DNA of 63,299 nucleotides, filler included, from Rozella allomycis CSF55 (lineage: Eukaryota), in assembly GCA_000442015.1 (NCBI GenBank). It is 7 parts of 7 records of this genome, joined end to end, with 100 filler letters (N's around TTAATTAATTAA, not from the genome) between each part and the next. Parts side by side here need not be neighbours in the genome. Positions count along the whole stretch, not along the records: positions 1 to 27,358 come from KE561039.1; 6 more parts are not named here. The stretch is one strand, 5' to 3'. Of the stretch, positions 12,813 to 25,336 are shown piece after piece; position 1 is the stretch's first letter; every line of letters starts with the position of its first letter. A program made the position numbers and the translations under genes. The notes below the pieces were generated by a model. It was not told the DNA's origin. It was given only the letters and a program-made list of their open reading frames with translations, and did no database searches.

Positions 12813-13686
12813 TTAATTTAAGAATATAGTAAACAATATTGGACCTAGTAAGTACGAACCCAGACATAGCAATGTTTTCCATCCCTTCGTTTCTAAAACT
12901 AACCCAAAGTCTGGGAACCCAAAATAATTACACAGTGAATGACACAAAATTGCACATAATATGGAGTCTTGTAAAAACAATTAATTTCACATACTTGTTT
13001 TAATGTAAAAATAGGATACAAAGGAACCAAACAATGATGTAAACATAAATTGAAGAGCGCTTTGATAAATTATACTAGAAACAGGATATTTAAGATGATA
13101 AAGCAACCATGCATGATGGAGGTGAGCTATTCGATATGATTTTCAATAATGATTACCAACGCCAAAGAAAAGGGGAGATATGAAGACCAATTGGAACATA
13201 TTTTGAATTTCTTTCCTCGCTTGCCCTAATAAGCAACCTCTAAATACAAACTCTTCAACCATTGGCCCCTAAATTTTGAAAAAAAGATGTGTTTTACTAT
13301 AACAATATTCCTAATAAACTCTATTTTCGTTAAATCCGAATGAAAGGGGACTTTAAGGACTATATTAGTCATGATGGGCCCACAAAAAAGCAGTATTATT
13401 AACCAAAGAGGCTGCATTACGTCCCAAGCATTGAAATCCCATCCAATGTCGTAAATGTTGTAAGATCCCATTTTNTAAGATCCCATTTTTTAAAGAGATA
13501 ATTTTTTACCGTTATTTTTTGAGTTATGTAATATGAAATCGGGATGTACAAAATAGAAGCCTGCAATCTTGCGACGATTGTATCGTAATCATTTCGATCA
13601 ATAGGATTTTTGACCCTTCTTAATTTAGGATACAAGTGTATTATGCAAACGAACCCAAAAGAGAGAGTCAATCCCAGCAAAAGCAT
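12813..13686 (-). CDS. RCE1: CAAX prenyl protease 2 (Rce1)
   Basis: RNIVI|GPMVEEFVFRG, FFGV|AHLHH, HSLCNYFGFP motifs. Four introns; the first (13484-13509) ends in ATG. Confidence 0.88.
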
Positions 13687-13721
13687 GCTTCGGTATTCTT
13701 TCTAAATTTGAAATTTGGCGA

Positions 13722-15109
13722 ATGTTTGCCAATGACTTGAAAGTTGCGATTATTGGAAGACTATATTATCTTACCATTGGTTTCATTGTCNTGGAAGACT
13801 ATATTATCTTTCTATTGGTTTTATTGTCTCATTATTTGTTTTAGCTTACGATACTTCGGCAGATATAGGAATAAAGGACTTGATTGGGGAGGAAAGGCAA
13901 GGTGCGATGTATTTCAACATTCTGAGACCTTGGATAAAATGGGACGCAGTCTATTTTATGCACATTCTCACAAAAGGATATGTTTATGAGCAAGAGTTTG
14001 CATTCTTTCCAATGATTGCCAGTATCGCTAAAATATTCTGTAACAATCAATGAATTAAAAATAATTAGTTTTTATTGAAAAGAATCATTTGCCGTTAGTT
14101 ACATGGATACTTTGTCAAATATCAGTGGTTCTGAGTGCTGTAATCTTTTCAAGGTAAACTAAATCATCCTAAATTCAAAGATTAACCATGTTGATATTTA
14201 AAGACAAGAAGTTTAGTCAAATATCATTATATATTTATGTATTTAATCCGGCCAATGCTTTTCTTTCGGGAATGTAAGATGAGATAAAATCATGTATATT
14301 ACAGGTACACGGAGTGTCTTTTTAACATGTTTTCAATGACCGGCCTTTTTCTTTTTTATCAAAGAAAAAACTTTCTTTCTGCTCTGTGTTTTCTGTGCTC
14401 ATCACTCACACGATCGAATGGAATTGTCTTGGCGGGATTTTTCATTTTCGCGGCTTTGCATCGTGAAATTCCAGTAACATAGTTTCATTGCGGTATTTAA
14501 GGTTTATAAAGCACTTATTTTGTGTTTTACTGTATTTATCGGGTTCATTAGTGTTCTTTGGAAAGGCTACTCGGAATTTTGTGATGATGTTAGTGCACGA
14601 GAATGGTGCTCACATAGAATACCAAACATTTACTCATTTGTGCAGAGTCATTATTGGTATACGAAATCTTTGATCTTTTGTAGGGATGTAGGATTGTTTA
14701 AGTATTACGAAACCAAACAAATTCCCAATTTTGCAATAGCATCGCCTGTCCTCCTTTTTTCATTATATTCAATTTACAGATTTATCATTCAATACCCCAA
14801 ATTATTCTTTTCTCTCGGATTTCGTAAAGACAAGGGGATTCCTGCTTATATGAATGTTGTTCTCCCTCATATTTATTTGTGGTTATTTCTGACAATATAC
14901 TCCATATTACTCATTCATATTCAAGTAATATAATCATTTCCATGAGATAGGTATCCGTAAGATTTCTGTCATTTTTGCCTGTGCTATATTGGGCTGCCGC
15001 TTACATTGTCATGCGATCAAATTATTGGAGAAAACGAATAATCTACTACATAATCATCCATTCTTCAATCAATACTGTGCTCTTCTCTTTGTTTTATCCC
15101 CCTGCTTGA
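13722..15109 (+). CDS. GPI18: GPI mannosyltransferase II (Gpi18/PIG-V)
   Basis: YDTS, KWDAVYF, YEQEFAFFP, FNPANAFLSGM|YTE, RSNG, VQSHYW|DVG, QIPNF and terminal FYPPA motifs; six GT-AG introns. Confidence 0.92.
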
Positions 15110-15259
15110 TGCGTCAAAAATGGATTATGGATCTAATTCAAAGTTTACCATGTCAGTCTCGTGAATAAACTTTAATATTTTAAGATTTTGACGATCATAT
15201 ATGAGCCTTGATGTCTGATACGAAAACGTATTCTAGTTCTGAAATTTCCCATTTAAAGT

Positions 15260-16278
15260 ATGCAGGACATTGGTAATGGAGCAATTATAGAACATCCCGT
15301 TGACAATTATAAATTCTATGTCAAATTATGGAGAGTATAGTATATTAGGAAAGAAAATAGGCAGAGAAGCCGATTGCTGGAGTTCTTTTCATCCATGGGT
15401 TGGGTGAACACATTGAAAGATTCAATGATATGTTTAATGAGTTTCGATCAAATGATATTTCAGTATTAGGATTTGATCTAAGAGGGCATGGACGAAGTGA
15501 ATCAAAAGATGGCTCAAAAATGTATGGCCATTTGGCACAACCCTCAAAAAGCATTCGTGACTCTATACAGAGTGATGTGTCATTTTTTATGGACCTCTTG
15601 TCTAAACATGTCGTAGATGTCCCATACTTTCTCATGGGACATTCACTTGGAGGAGAAATTGCTTCATATTATGTTCTTGACAGTCCTGGCTTCAATCATC
15701 ATGTGATTCTTTCAGGTAATATTTAAAGACTGAGTTGATAGCTCCAAATATTGAACCAGGAGTACCGGTTCCAATCTTTAAAAAGGTCTTTGGAAGGTTA
15801 AGTGCACCGTTACTTCCAAATTTTTGTATAACTAATGAAATCGGTATTTTTGATTTAATTTATACAATGATCCAAGTTTAACATCAAGAGATGAAGCCTC
15901 AGTGGAAAGATATAGACAAGATCCATTGATTCATCCTTATGTTACTTTAATGAGTGGTAATTTTTTATAGTCAATGTTAGTTGCAAAGTTTGGTTTGGAT
16001 GGCGGGCAAGAATTGATAACATTAGCAAAGTCATTCAAAGCGAAATCTCTTCTAGTAACTCATGGGACAGATGACAAGATAACTTCTCCAAGTGCTTCTA
16101 AAATGTTTTATGATGGGTGCAGTGAAATAGAAGACAAAGAGTACAAATCATTCCCTGGTTATTATCATGAATGTAAATTGAATCAATTATATGAATAGTG
16201 CACTTTGATTTGGGGAAGGAAGAAGTGATCGCATTTTACATTAACTGGATAAAGAAACACGCGTCTATCAATGGCTAA
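15260..16278 (+). CDS. Alpha/beta hydrolase, monoglyceride lipase / lysophospholipase (Yju3/MGLL-like)
   Basis: HGLGEH, FDLRGHGRS, GHSLGG, DPSLTSRD..YRQDPL, HGTDDKIT, YHE|LH. Five introns; 15844-15869 ends in ATG. Confidence 0.9.
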
Positions 16279-16332
16279 TAAATTATTTTTGAATGGCATT
16301 GTTCATCTAATTTTAGAATTGATTTTTCCGAA

Positions 16333-17804
16333 ATGCTTTCAATCCTCATAAGTAAAATAATAATCGTGAAAAGACCAGACAAGGCATCAGATGAAAATCT
16401 TACAGGTGAAGACTGGGCTACCATGATGGAAATATGTGATCAGATAAATTCAAAGCCAGAGTACTGTGTTAACTACTTTTAAGATAATAGCTTGTCGAAA
16501 GAATGTGTTAGTTTGGTATCTCAGAAGCTGCTACACAAAAATCCTAACGTCAGGGTTTATGGGCTTTGTGTAAACATTAATGATTTGTGGTAATTAGATT
16601 TTGGATGCTTGCATTAAAAATTGCGGTTTCAAATTCCACGAACAAGTAAACATGTTGCTATAATGTGTCAAGGTAGTTAGTAGAAGCCTTTTGAATATTT
16701 TATTATCCATTCTGGTTGATTCTAGGGCACCAACATTTCTCAAGAACAAATTGACAAATTTGATGATTGAATGGAGACAAGAATTCATGAAAGATTCAAG
16801 ATTATCATATTATGAAGAAACTTTTCAACAATTAAAAATGCAAGGTATGTTTAAAGATTGTGTTTAGACAGGGTTTTTGGCCGATAACAAAATGTCTGCT
16901 CCTATTACACCGAAACCTACCAGTAAATCAAAAGAAGAAGAAGAAGAGGAAGAATTGCAAATGGCTTTAGCTATTTCTTTATCTGAAGAAGAAAATAGGC
17001 GAAAATCCCAAGAAAAGGAAAGGGAAAGAACGAGCGGAAACGTGAGAAAGGGGAGTGTACCAAAGCCAAATGTTAAGAAAGAGCTATTTAAAGTGAAAGC
17101 GTTGTATGACTTTGTTGCACAGGATTCTGGAGAAGTTGGCTTTTTGCGTGATGACATTATAATCGTTTACGACGCTACCCACCCAGATTGGTGGGAAGGA
17201 GAAGTCAGGAATAGGACAGGGCTATTCCCTTCTAATTATGTAGTGAAACTTAACAAATCTACTGAATTTGATTTGAATTCACTTGAACAACAAGTCCAAC
17301 CTCAACTAGTTGATCAATTACTTGGACTGTTGCAGCGGGTGGATCCATCAAGAGATTCTATTGGAGATAACGATCAAGTAAACCAAAAATGAGCTATAAA
17401 TAGATTCAACATTTCTATCAATCATCGCTACTAATGAAACCCAAAGTGGTTAACTTGATTGAATTTTATGCTAAACGAAAAGATGATTTAATTATTTTAA
17501 ATGAAAAGCTGAAAATTAATCTAGAAAAATATGAAAATATTATGAAATCAAGTATGTTTGTCTTTCATGTCTATGATTAGGGCCACAGTTGAATTATTCG
17601 CCTGCGCCAACTTATCAACCTGTGCAAAACTATCCATCAATGCCTAATAATGGGATTTCACAAAACCCTTATCAGCCAAACTACCCCGTTCAAGGTTACC
17701 CAGTGAATCCTGGCAATGGAGTATCGCAAAATCCTTATCCTGCTCCAGCACCATCATTCAGACCAAATACATCTGCTCCATACTCATTTGATAGGAAAAT
17801 TTAA
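16333..17804 (+). CDS. HSE1: ESCRT-0 subunit Hse1/STAM (VHS-UIM-SH3-GAT, Pro/Tyr-rich tail)
   Basis: KASDENLTGEDW..ICD, UIM EEEELQMALAISL, SH3 ALYDF..WWEG..GLFPSNYV; seven GT-AG introns; exact start uncertain. Confidence 0.9.
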
Positions 17805-17913
17805 AAACAAAGTCTAAAAATAAATCATTGTTCACGCATTTAATGTTCTAAAAATAGATGTCACTCTGTTATAAATTAGATCAAACGTACCCCTTTGTTT
17901 CATCTTATACCGC

Positions 17914-18213
17914 ATGAAATTTTTTGAATCATCAGTTCTTTTAACCATCTTTGCATCGTTTGCATATTCATATCCAAACATTCTTAATTCGATTACAAAC
18001 GTGGACGAGTATAGAGCGCAAATAAAAACACTCCAAACAGAAATCAAAGATATCTACAAGAAGAACATGGACGCAAGAACACAGTATTTCAAGCTTGTAG
18101 ATGATTTAAAGAAAAATCTCAAACAATGCAAAACTCAACATCTACAATTAAAAACAAGACTGGATTATGCCGCTCAAATGCAAAATCAGCCATCACATGC
18201 TGAATCAATTTAA
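17914..18213 (+). CDS. Small secreted coiled-coil protein (99 aa), unknown function
   Basis: Intact single-exon ORF; MK plus hydrophobic core plus AYS signal-peptide pattern; heptad-like helix. Confidence 0.7.
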   Translation: MKFFESSVLLTIFASFAYSYPNILNSITNVDEYRAQIKTLQTEIKDIYKKNMDARTQYFKLVDDLKKNLKQCKTQHLQLKTRLDYAAQMQNQPSHAESI

Positions 18214-18275
18214 AGTTTAAATAAACAAAATTATGCTAGAGATACTCTTAACTATTATTTATTAAATATGCAAAT

Positions 18276-19270
18276 TTATTCATCAAAAACAATCTTTTTG
18301 CCTTCAAAAGGTTTAGATTTGTTCATTTCTTTCTTTAGTGCCCATGATGGATGCAATTCAGTATCAGCAGATTCTTTTTGTTTTTTCATCTTTTCCTCTT
18401 TAGCGGGCTTAGGTTTGGGTTTCTTCAAATGGTCAGCTTCATTGCCATAAAGTTTCTCCCATAGTTGTTTTCTTGCTCTTTGACCCATTCTATTCTTTTT
18501 CATTGGCTCTACATCTATTTCCTCCTCTTCACTCATTTCATCCACAAGTTCTTCTTCTTTTTGATCCTTCATTCTTCTTTTAAGCCGCTTCATTTTATCT
18601 TTCAGTGTGTTTCTAACTCTTTTCTTTGGCTTCTGTTTCTTTTTGGGTTGAGTCTCTTTGGTTTTTCTTTCTTCCAGAAATGCTTCAAAATCGCCAGTCG
18701 CGTTATCTAATATCTCGTGTAGTTTCTTGTCTTCAAGTATTGCTTGTAAAATGTTATCCTCAATCTTTGCTTCACTTTCTTGATACCAAGAAGGCTTCGT
18801 TTGTAATTTTTCCCAGACTAATCTGGCAGGATNAATTTTTCCCAGACTAATCTTGCAGGATCAACACTGGAAAGAATCTTCTCATTAAAAATCTTTATTG
18901 AAACTGCTTTCATATCAAGATGTTTAAATTTATCTAATTTTTTCACATATTTTTCATTGGAATTCGGGTAAGATTTAATGTTTCTGATAAGTTTTCTAAT
19001 CTGATTTGTTCTAATTGTCTTAACAGCAGCTTTAATCCTCAAATAAATATGGCGCTATTTTAAAAAGAGCATTAAATTTACTAGATAAAGCTTCTTTCTT
19101 TTGAAATCCTTCTCTTCTTCAGTCAGATTATCCCATTTTTGTTTCTTCGACAAAGGCGTTTCTTTTTCGTCAGAGCTGGTTTCAGAAGAATTATACTCAT
19201 CCTCTGAAGTAGCTTGCTCATCTTCTGCGGCCAAAAAGAAATCATCTACGTCTTTTTCGTCCTTGCCCAT
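18276..19270 (-). CDS. BUD22: Bud22/SRFBP1-like ribosome biogenesis protein
   Basis: C-terminal KKNRMGQRAR..WEKLYG, LHPSW, FEGKKIVFD; one GT-AG intron; overlap artefact at N18833. Confidence 0.85.
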
Positions 19271-19348
19271 TTTACGCCACTCAAAAATTTGAAAACTAGT
19301 CAAATAGTACTCTTTAAAAGAAGATGGTATTTATTAAAATTATTTATA

Positions 19349-19639
19349 TTATTGCTGTTGAATGTATGAATTCATCTGCGTTAATTCTTCAAGACAAGTA
19401 TCCATTGCCTTTTTGAGTTTAAGAAGATTTTCCTCCATCTTTGCTTGCTGAAAGTCGAATTCATTCAAAAACTTTTGCTTTGTTTTTAAAAGATCTTGTA
19501 ACTGATTCTCAAGATTTTTAACTTTTCCTGTTTGCCCGAGAGTGAATACGTTAGCTATGCCATCTCCGATTTCTCCGACAGTAACTGCATATGTACCAAT
19601 GCTCAAGATAGCGAGAGATATAAATGAAGATAATTTCAT
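19349..19639 (-). CDS. Small secreted coiled-coil protein (96 aa), unknown function
   Basis: Single-exon ORF; signal peptide MKLSSFISLAILSIGTYA; heptad helix with one Cys. Confidence 0.7.
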   Translation of the reverse strand: MKLSSFISLAILSIGTYAVTVGEIGDGIANVFTLGQTGKVKNLENQLQDLLKTKQKFLNEFDFQQAKMEENLLKLKKAMDTCLEELTQMNSYIQQQ

Positions 19640-19832
19640 TTGGGTAGTGATACTCCTAGTTTCATGTTTCTTTCTTTTATCTCCTGTAAAGTTCTATTTT
19701 AAGAAACACTACAATTTTTGAACCAATTAAGAGAGGGGACTATTTTAGTCCATGAAAACATTCTTGTCATAGTTTTTTAACGAAGTCCTATATACACAAA
19801 ATTGAAATCTTAAAATTGCTAAATTTGGTCTC

Positions 19833-20767
19833 ATGATTATACTGAAGAGTTCATTCACATTTCTAAAAGTTCCCATGATTCGTATTCCATTTATGAGATA
19901 CAGTGATATATCTGTTTTGCCGCCTGATAAGCTATCTTCAACTTCAGTGCTAACTAAAGGGTCAGCGTTTGCGAGAAACCCTAAAGCCAATGAACTCCTC
20001 CACTTTATGGACGATACCCTTCATAAATTAGCGATTCAACATAAAGTTACTGTGCTTCCTCCAAACGAGAAAAACTTGCGAGACATGTGGAAAAGCGCAA
20101 AAGGAATTGGAGAATTGCTGGGTGTAGAGATAGGTAACTATAATTCTATTAATTTAAAAAGCAAATCCAACTTATATATCAATCGTAAAGAGACTTAATC
20201 AACTGGCACATTTTATGCATGTTAAAGATGTTAATGAATTTCTAATGCATTTCACAAGAGCTCAATTTATTACTAATGATAAATTGAAACAAGATGTTCA
20301 AATTTTTAAGGGTGAAAATGGCAAATGGTTTGCGGTGGCCAAAGGCGGTCGAAAAAGTTGTAAGGCAGAAGTTACGATAGTTGAAAATGGAACCGGAGAA
20401 GTTTTAATTAACGGAATAGACGCAAGAGAAGTTGTCCAAGATTTTAAGTATTGGTATGATATAGCTAAACCGTTCATTGTAACTGGAACTATTAATAAGT
20501 ATAATGTATCTGCGCAGATAGAAGGTAGATTTTTTCGAATGCTTTAAATAAAGGTGGTGGACTTCGAGGTAAAAGCGGTGCAATCACAAATGGTATCAGT
20601 AAAGCTTTGGCCATCTTAAGGCCAGAATTTCAGACAATACTTTACCAAAGTAACAATCGCTTTATGTTAAAAAAGGTGGATTATTGATTAGAGATCCTAG
20701 AATGAAGGAAAGAAAGAAACCAGGTCAACCAGGAGCAAGAAAGAAATTCAAGTGGGTCAAACGTTAA
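19833..20767 (+). CDS. MRPS9: Mitochondrial ribosomal protein uS9m
   Basis: [24 protein letters not shown], and [26 protein letters not shown]-terminus; three GT-AG introns. Confidence 0.92.
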
Positions 20768-20834
20768 TAAACTCATTTTTATCTTTAAATTTCAATTATT
20801 TTTTAAACTTTTTCTTTATTTTTATTTTATTAAT

Positions 20835-22146
20835 TCAAGCCGGGCTATTCTCTATTAAGTCGTTGTGGATTGATGAACAGAATTTGTTCGAGTTGGGATT
20901 TTCACAAATTAGTTTAAACAATCCGCTTTCATGTACAGATAGTGTCCATTCATTTTTCCATTCTAATTTATGATATATGATATGAATACCTGGTGATATC
21001 TTTGATAAAATGAATGCTATTTCACACACAAAACCAAAGTCGCAAAATTTTAGCAATTTATCAAAAGGTTTAAACGAGAGACATAACAGGAGTTCCTTTA
21101 TATTAACAACTCAAAATTTATACATTTTGGTCGCAAAGTTTTAGAAATGACAAAAGTTTTTCATAACCACTATCAGAAGCTAAACATAGCATGAAATGCA
21201 AGAGAAAACGAACAGATGCAGATGCCTTATTATTAAGAGTACAAATCAATGAATCTATTTTTGGAGCAAGATATTCTGGACGTTCGGGGAATGCAGCCAT
21301 CATTTGAAACAAAAATTCTAACAATAGCAATGAAAATTTGACATCTGAGTCACAGTTTTCTAAGGATATTTCCATCAAAGGAAGAATATTTTCGATAAGC
21401 TAAATTGGACGCTAATGCTGTAAATATACCTTATCTATTTGACTGAAATATGTTTGTTCTAATATATCCTTGATTTCATCATCCAGAATGTGAGTATTTT
21501 CAGTGATTATTAAATGTATCTCAATTAAATACTCAATAAAAGCTTTCAATGAGCCCATATCGTCTTTTCTACCCCCAATAGCATTCTCGTTATCAACACA
21601 CACCTCATCAGTCTGTGATTCTTTAACTACAACTTCTATATCCGTAGTTTGTGCTATCTTAAATAACAGATTTATTCGTACTTTCTTCTTCTTTACTAGA
21701 ATCCAAAGTCTTGCACAGTTTAGCTCCCTTATTTGACAGATTGTTCTATCATTTCACAATATTTATTTTACATACATTCTTTTTTGTTTAAGAGCTATTA
21801 TTTTGGAATCTTTATTAGCAATATCTTCAGTTAATCGTTTCTGTTCCTCCCGCAATTCTCGATTACGCTGAATGACTTGCTGAAGGGTTTGCTGCAGGCG
21901 TTTTGATTCTCTTTTCCAATATTCTTCTGAAGATCTTAAATCTGATTCTCTTTTTGCGTATTCCTGATATTTTTCTTTCTCAAATTTGGCACACTTCGCT
22001 TGAACCTCTTCCTGAAGAACAATTTTCAAGGACTCAAGTTCTTGTTCTTTTTGCTGAAGAAATATTTCTTTTTCCTTGACTTTCTTTTCTCGTTCTGTTA
22101 TATGTTTGTACAGGATCTCCAACTCGGTCACAATTTCTGGATTCAT
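20835..22146 (-). CDS. Coiled-coil protein with helical C-terminal domain (possibly CCDC138-like)
   Basis: Exons join through about five 26-30 nt GT-AG introns. The N-terminal coiled coil (EREKKVKEKE..EEV..ESKRLQ) only loosely recalls CCDC138. Confidence 0.55.
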
Positions 22147-22290
22147 GCAGTATACGATTTTTCGAAGTCTGAACTAGAGCATCTGACCGCGATAGATTTG
22201 CATATATGGTGCAGTGATGGAACAGTTTTTAATCTAAAAATTGAGATCCATGACAAAAGTTCGATGTTAATTAATAAAACGTTTATTTTT

Positions 22291-23234
22291 TTATGCTGGT
22301 TGAGCATCATTCCACGTCAAAAATATCGCCATGATTTTTTCAAGAAAAGATTTCAAAAAACTGTAATACTGATCTATTACAACAAATGTATTTTCATCGC
22401 TTGGTACATGATACTGGTTTGAATTTGAATATCTTTGATTCATTTCAATTCAATACTTTTACCTGTGCATATAATATCTCATCAAAATATCTGCAAAAAG
22501 GCCGGCCGTAAAACAAAACACTGCAAAAACAAAGAAAAACAGATAACTTGAAAAATTGGTCGATTTCGATGTTGACTTTTCATTTGTGTTTTCGGGTTGT
22601 TTGCCCACGCTTTTCAACATATCTTTGGCCTCAATTATTCTTTCTCTTGGCTTCTCGACAGGTGATGGCACTAAACATTCCTCTGAATGTGTTTTCCAAT
22701 TGTCGATGGGTACAAAAGGAATATCATTGTCGATGGGAGAATTACTAAACTATTGTAATGAATATTTCATTAATTTACCGATTCCAAATTCAAAGTCGCT
22801 TTTTCAAGTTCTTCCTGAAGCGAAGGGGACCTGTTGACGCTCATTTTCAAGGGTTTCTCATCCCTGCTGATTGGAGATGTAAAATCCATTGACTTTGAAT
22901 TCCAATACCCTTTTGAGTTGTATTCAGGAGAAAGCCTGGGATCTACCACAATCTTTTGTTTTTAGATTCCAAACTTTACTGGTGACGATTTCGCTATTCT
23001 TCTCATTGTTTCTAGAGGTGTGGGCATGATAGATTCCATAAACTGAGGATTTTTATCAGGTATCGGAATCCTTGAAACACTTTGTTGCATCTTGAATTTA
23101 CGCGAAGGTGTTGCGTCCAACAAATAAGATGGAAGTTGTTCAGCATCGTCTATTTGATAACAGTTATAATGGATACCGCTTTTTGCGTGAATTTGGTAAG
23201 ACGATGATCTTGTTTGCATTTCACACTCGCTCAA
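22291..23234 (-). CDS. Hypothetical Ser/Pro-rich protein with one TM segment near the C-terminus
   Basis: Four exons joined in frame by three 27-30 nt GT-AG introns; TM YLFFFVFAVFCFTAGLFADIL. Confidence 0.65.
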
Positions 23235-23402
23235 TTCCTGAAAAATCGGATTTTGCGAATGCGTCGAGAATTAGTTGTACAATTTGTTAATAAATAAAAT
23301 ACTTTGCTAATGAAAAATTATTCGTTTCTATTTCTTAAGGCAGCCTGATGTCCCGTTGATAGTTTGAAATTTGGAAATTCTTAAGTTCTTAACTTGAAGC
23401 AC

Positions 23403-25234
23403 ATGAACAGATTTTTCTGGTTTATTTGCGCATGCCTCATATGTTTTCTGAGAACTGAATATGTACCTATAGTAAGAATCCTATTTTCATTATTCCAGAC
23501 GTCCTTTAAAGATGGTGAAAACAGTTTAGCGAATTTTGAACTTACTGCGCTAGAGAGTGGCAATAGCCATAATTATACAATTTCAGCTTTTATTAACAGC
23601 ATGATACTTGATGATGGCAATGAAGGCAAAGTAAAGGTCTTTGGATTTTGATGAATTAAGGCTATTTTGTATCACCGTATTGCAAGTATGGACCCTACAA
23701 ATACCGCATCGAAAATGGCTATTGCTAATAGATTGTATTATGGGCTTGGAATTGAGAAGAATTGTGATTCTGCTTATGAATACTACGAAACTGTCGCGGA
23801 GCCAGGTATAGGAAGAACCGTATTAGTTATACAGTCGTGAAAGCCTTATTAAGCAAACATGTGGGATATAGGTTCCCCAAATTCAATACGTCGTTTATTT
23901 ATGAAGATGAAAGAGATTCAACGTCAATATCATTAGAGGAAAACATGGAGGATATTATAACATACCAAAAGTACCATGCTGAAACAGGTAAAAACTTGCA
24001 TTCATTAATAAGCGTAGGTGACGCAACGTCGCTCTACGTTGTAGCTCAATATTATTTGGTTAAAACTAATCCAGATTATGAAAAGGCAAGAGAATATGCT
24101 GAAAAAGCAGCCGAGAGTGACATTCCTGGAGGATTGGCTATACTTGGGCATTTACATCTGCATGGATTGGGCGGTCTTGAAGAAAGTCACGCTCTAGCTA
24201 GACAATATTTTTCAAAGGCTGCATCAAAGGATTCTGAATTGGGTCATTATGGTCTTGGTCTGATTTATTATCATGGATTAGATAATGAAGATCCCGACGA
24301 ACATGTGGCTCTCAACCATTTTCAACAAGCTGCGAAAAAGGATCTTGCAGAAGCCAACTATTACGTTGGGAAGATATTGCTCGGTAATTTAAAATAGAAA
24401 AATTTCAATCGTAGAGCAAGGAAATGATCAAGTCTCTGCTAAAGCGTATTTCTTAAAAGCGTTGAAATTTAATCATTTGGGTGCAATGTTTGAATTGGGG
24501 AGAATGGCCAAGAGACATTTTTCATGTAAAGAAGCAACTGAAGTAACTAAACTTGGTCAATATTTCTCTAGTATATGAAAGCTGTAGCTGAAAAGAATTC
24601 ATTGGTTATAGAAGTAATGAAAACAGCTGACTCGGCGTTTAAACAAAGTCCTGAAAAATCATTAATAAATTATCTGTTTTTAGCGGATCTTGGAATAAGT
24701 GAGGCGCAATGTATCGCTGCTAAAATGATTAGATCTCATCCACAAGGAAAGAAGAACTTGGAACTAGAGTTGTGGCTTTTGGCGGCTAAACAAGGTAAAT
24801 TTAGGGAATAATACAGATTTAGACGTCGCGATAGCCAAAGTAGAAGCTGCAAATATTTATTTAGAAAATAACCCAGAAAAGTCTGCCGCTCTATACAAAG
24901 AAGCGTACTTGGCTGGAAACCCAAAGGCAGCATTTAAATTGGGCTATATGTATCAAAAAGGAATTGGTGTTTCAAAGGTATAACAATGAAAAGTTTAAGA
25001 TAGGATGTGTTCCTTGCAAAGAGGTACTATGATAGAACTTCCCAACTTAATCCTGACGCCATCTTGTGTTCAAGATTATATTTGCTATATCTTTTAATAG
25101 ATGATAAATTTGAAAACTTTTCATTTCCAGATTCAATCAAAAATGCATTTGCTTTAGCGGCCACATTTTTGACGCTATTAGGATCCTGGATATATTTTAA
25201 ATGGACAAATAGGGAGATAATTCAAATGCATTAA
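23403..25234 (+). CDS. HRD3: Sel1-repeat ERAD adaptor Hrd3/SEL1L
   Basis: Signal peptide, YGLGIEKNCDSA, several Sel1 repeats, K|DVFLAKRYYD signature, C-terminal TM; eight GT-AG introns. Confidence 0.88.
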
Positions 25235-25336
25235 ATAAATATCCCCCTTTTCTATTTTTAATGTTTCCAATGATTGGTTCAAGAATCCCCTTGTTACAAA
25301 AAATAGACCTAGGGTCCCTGTTTCATATACATTCAA

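Noticed and set aside
15957-15983. Possible sixth TG acceptor (27-nt intron ending TTG)
   Set aside because: An in-frame canonical AG at 15980 (24 nt) works equally well, so it cannot be decided from sequence.
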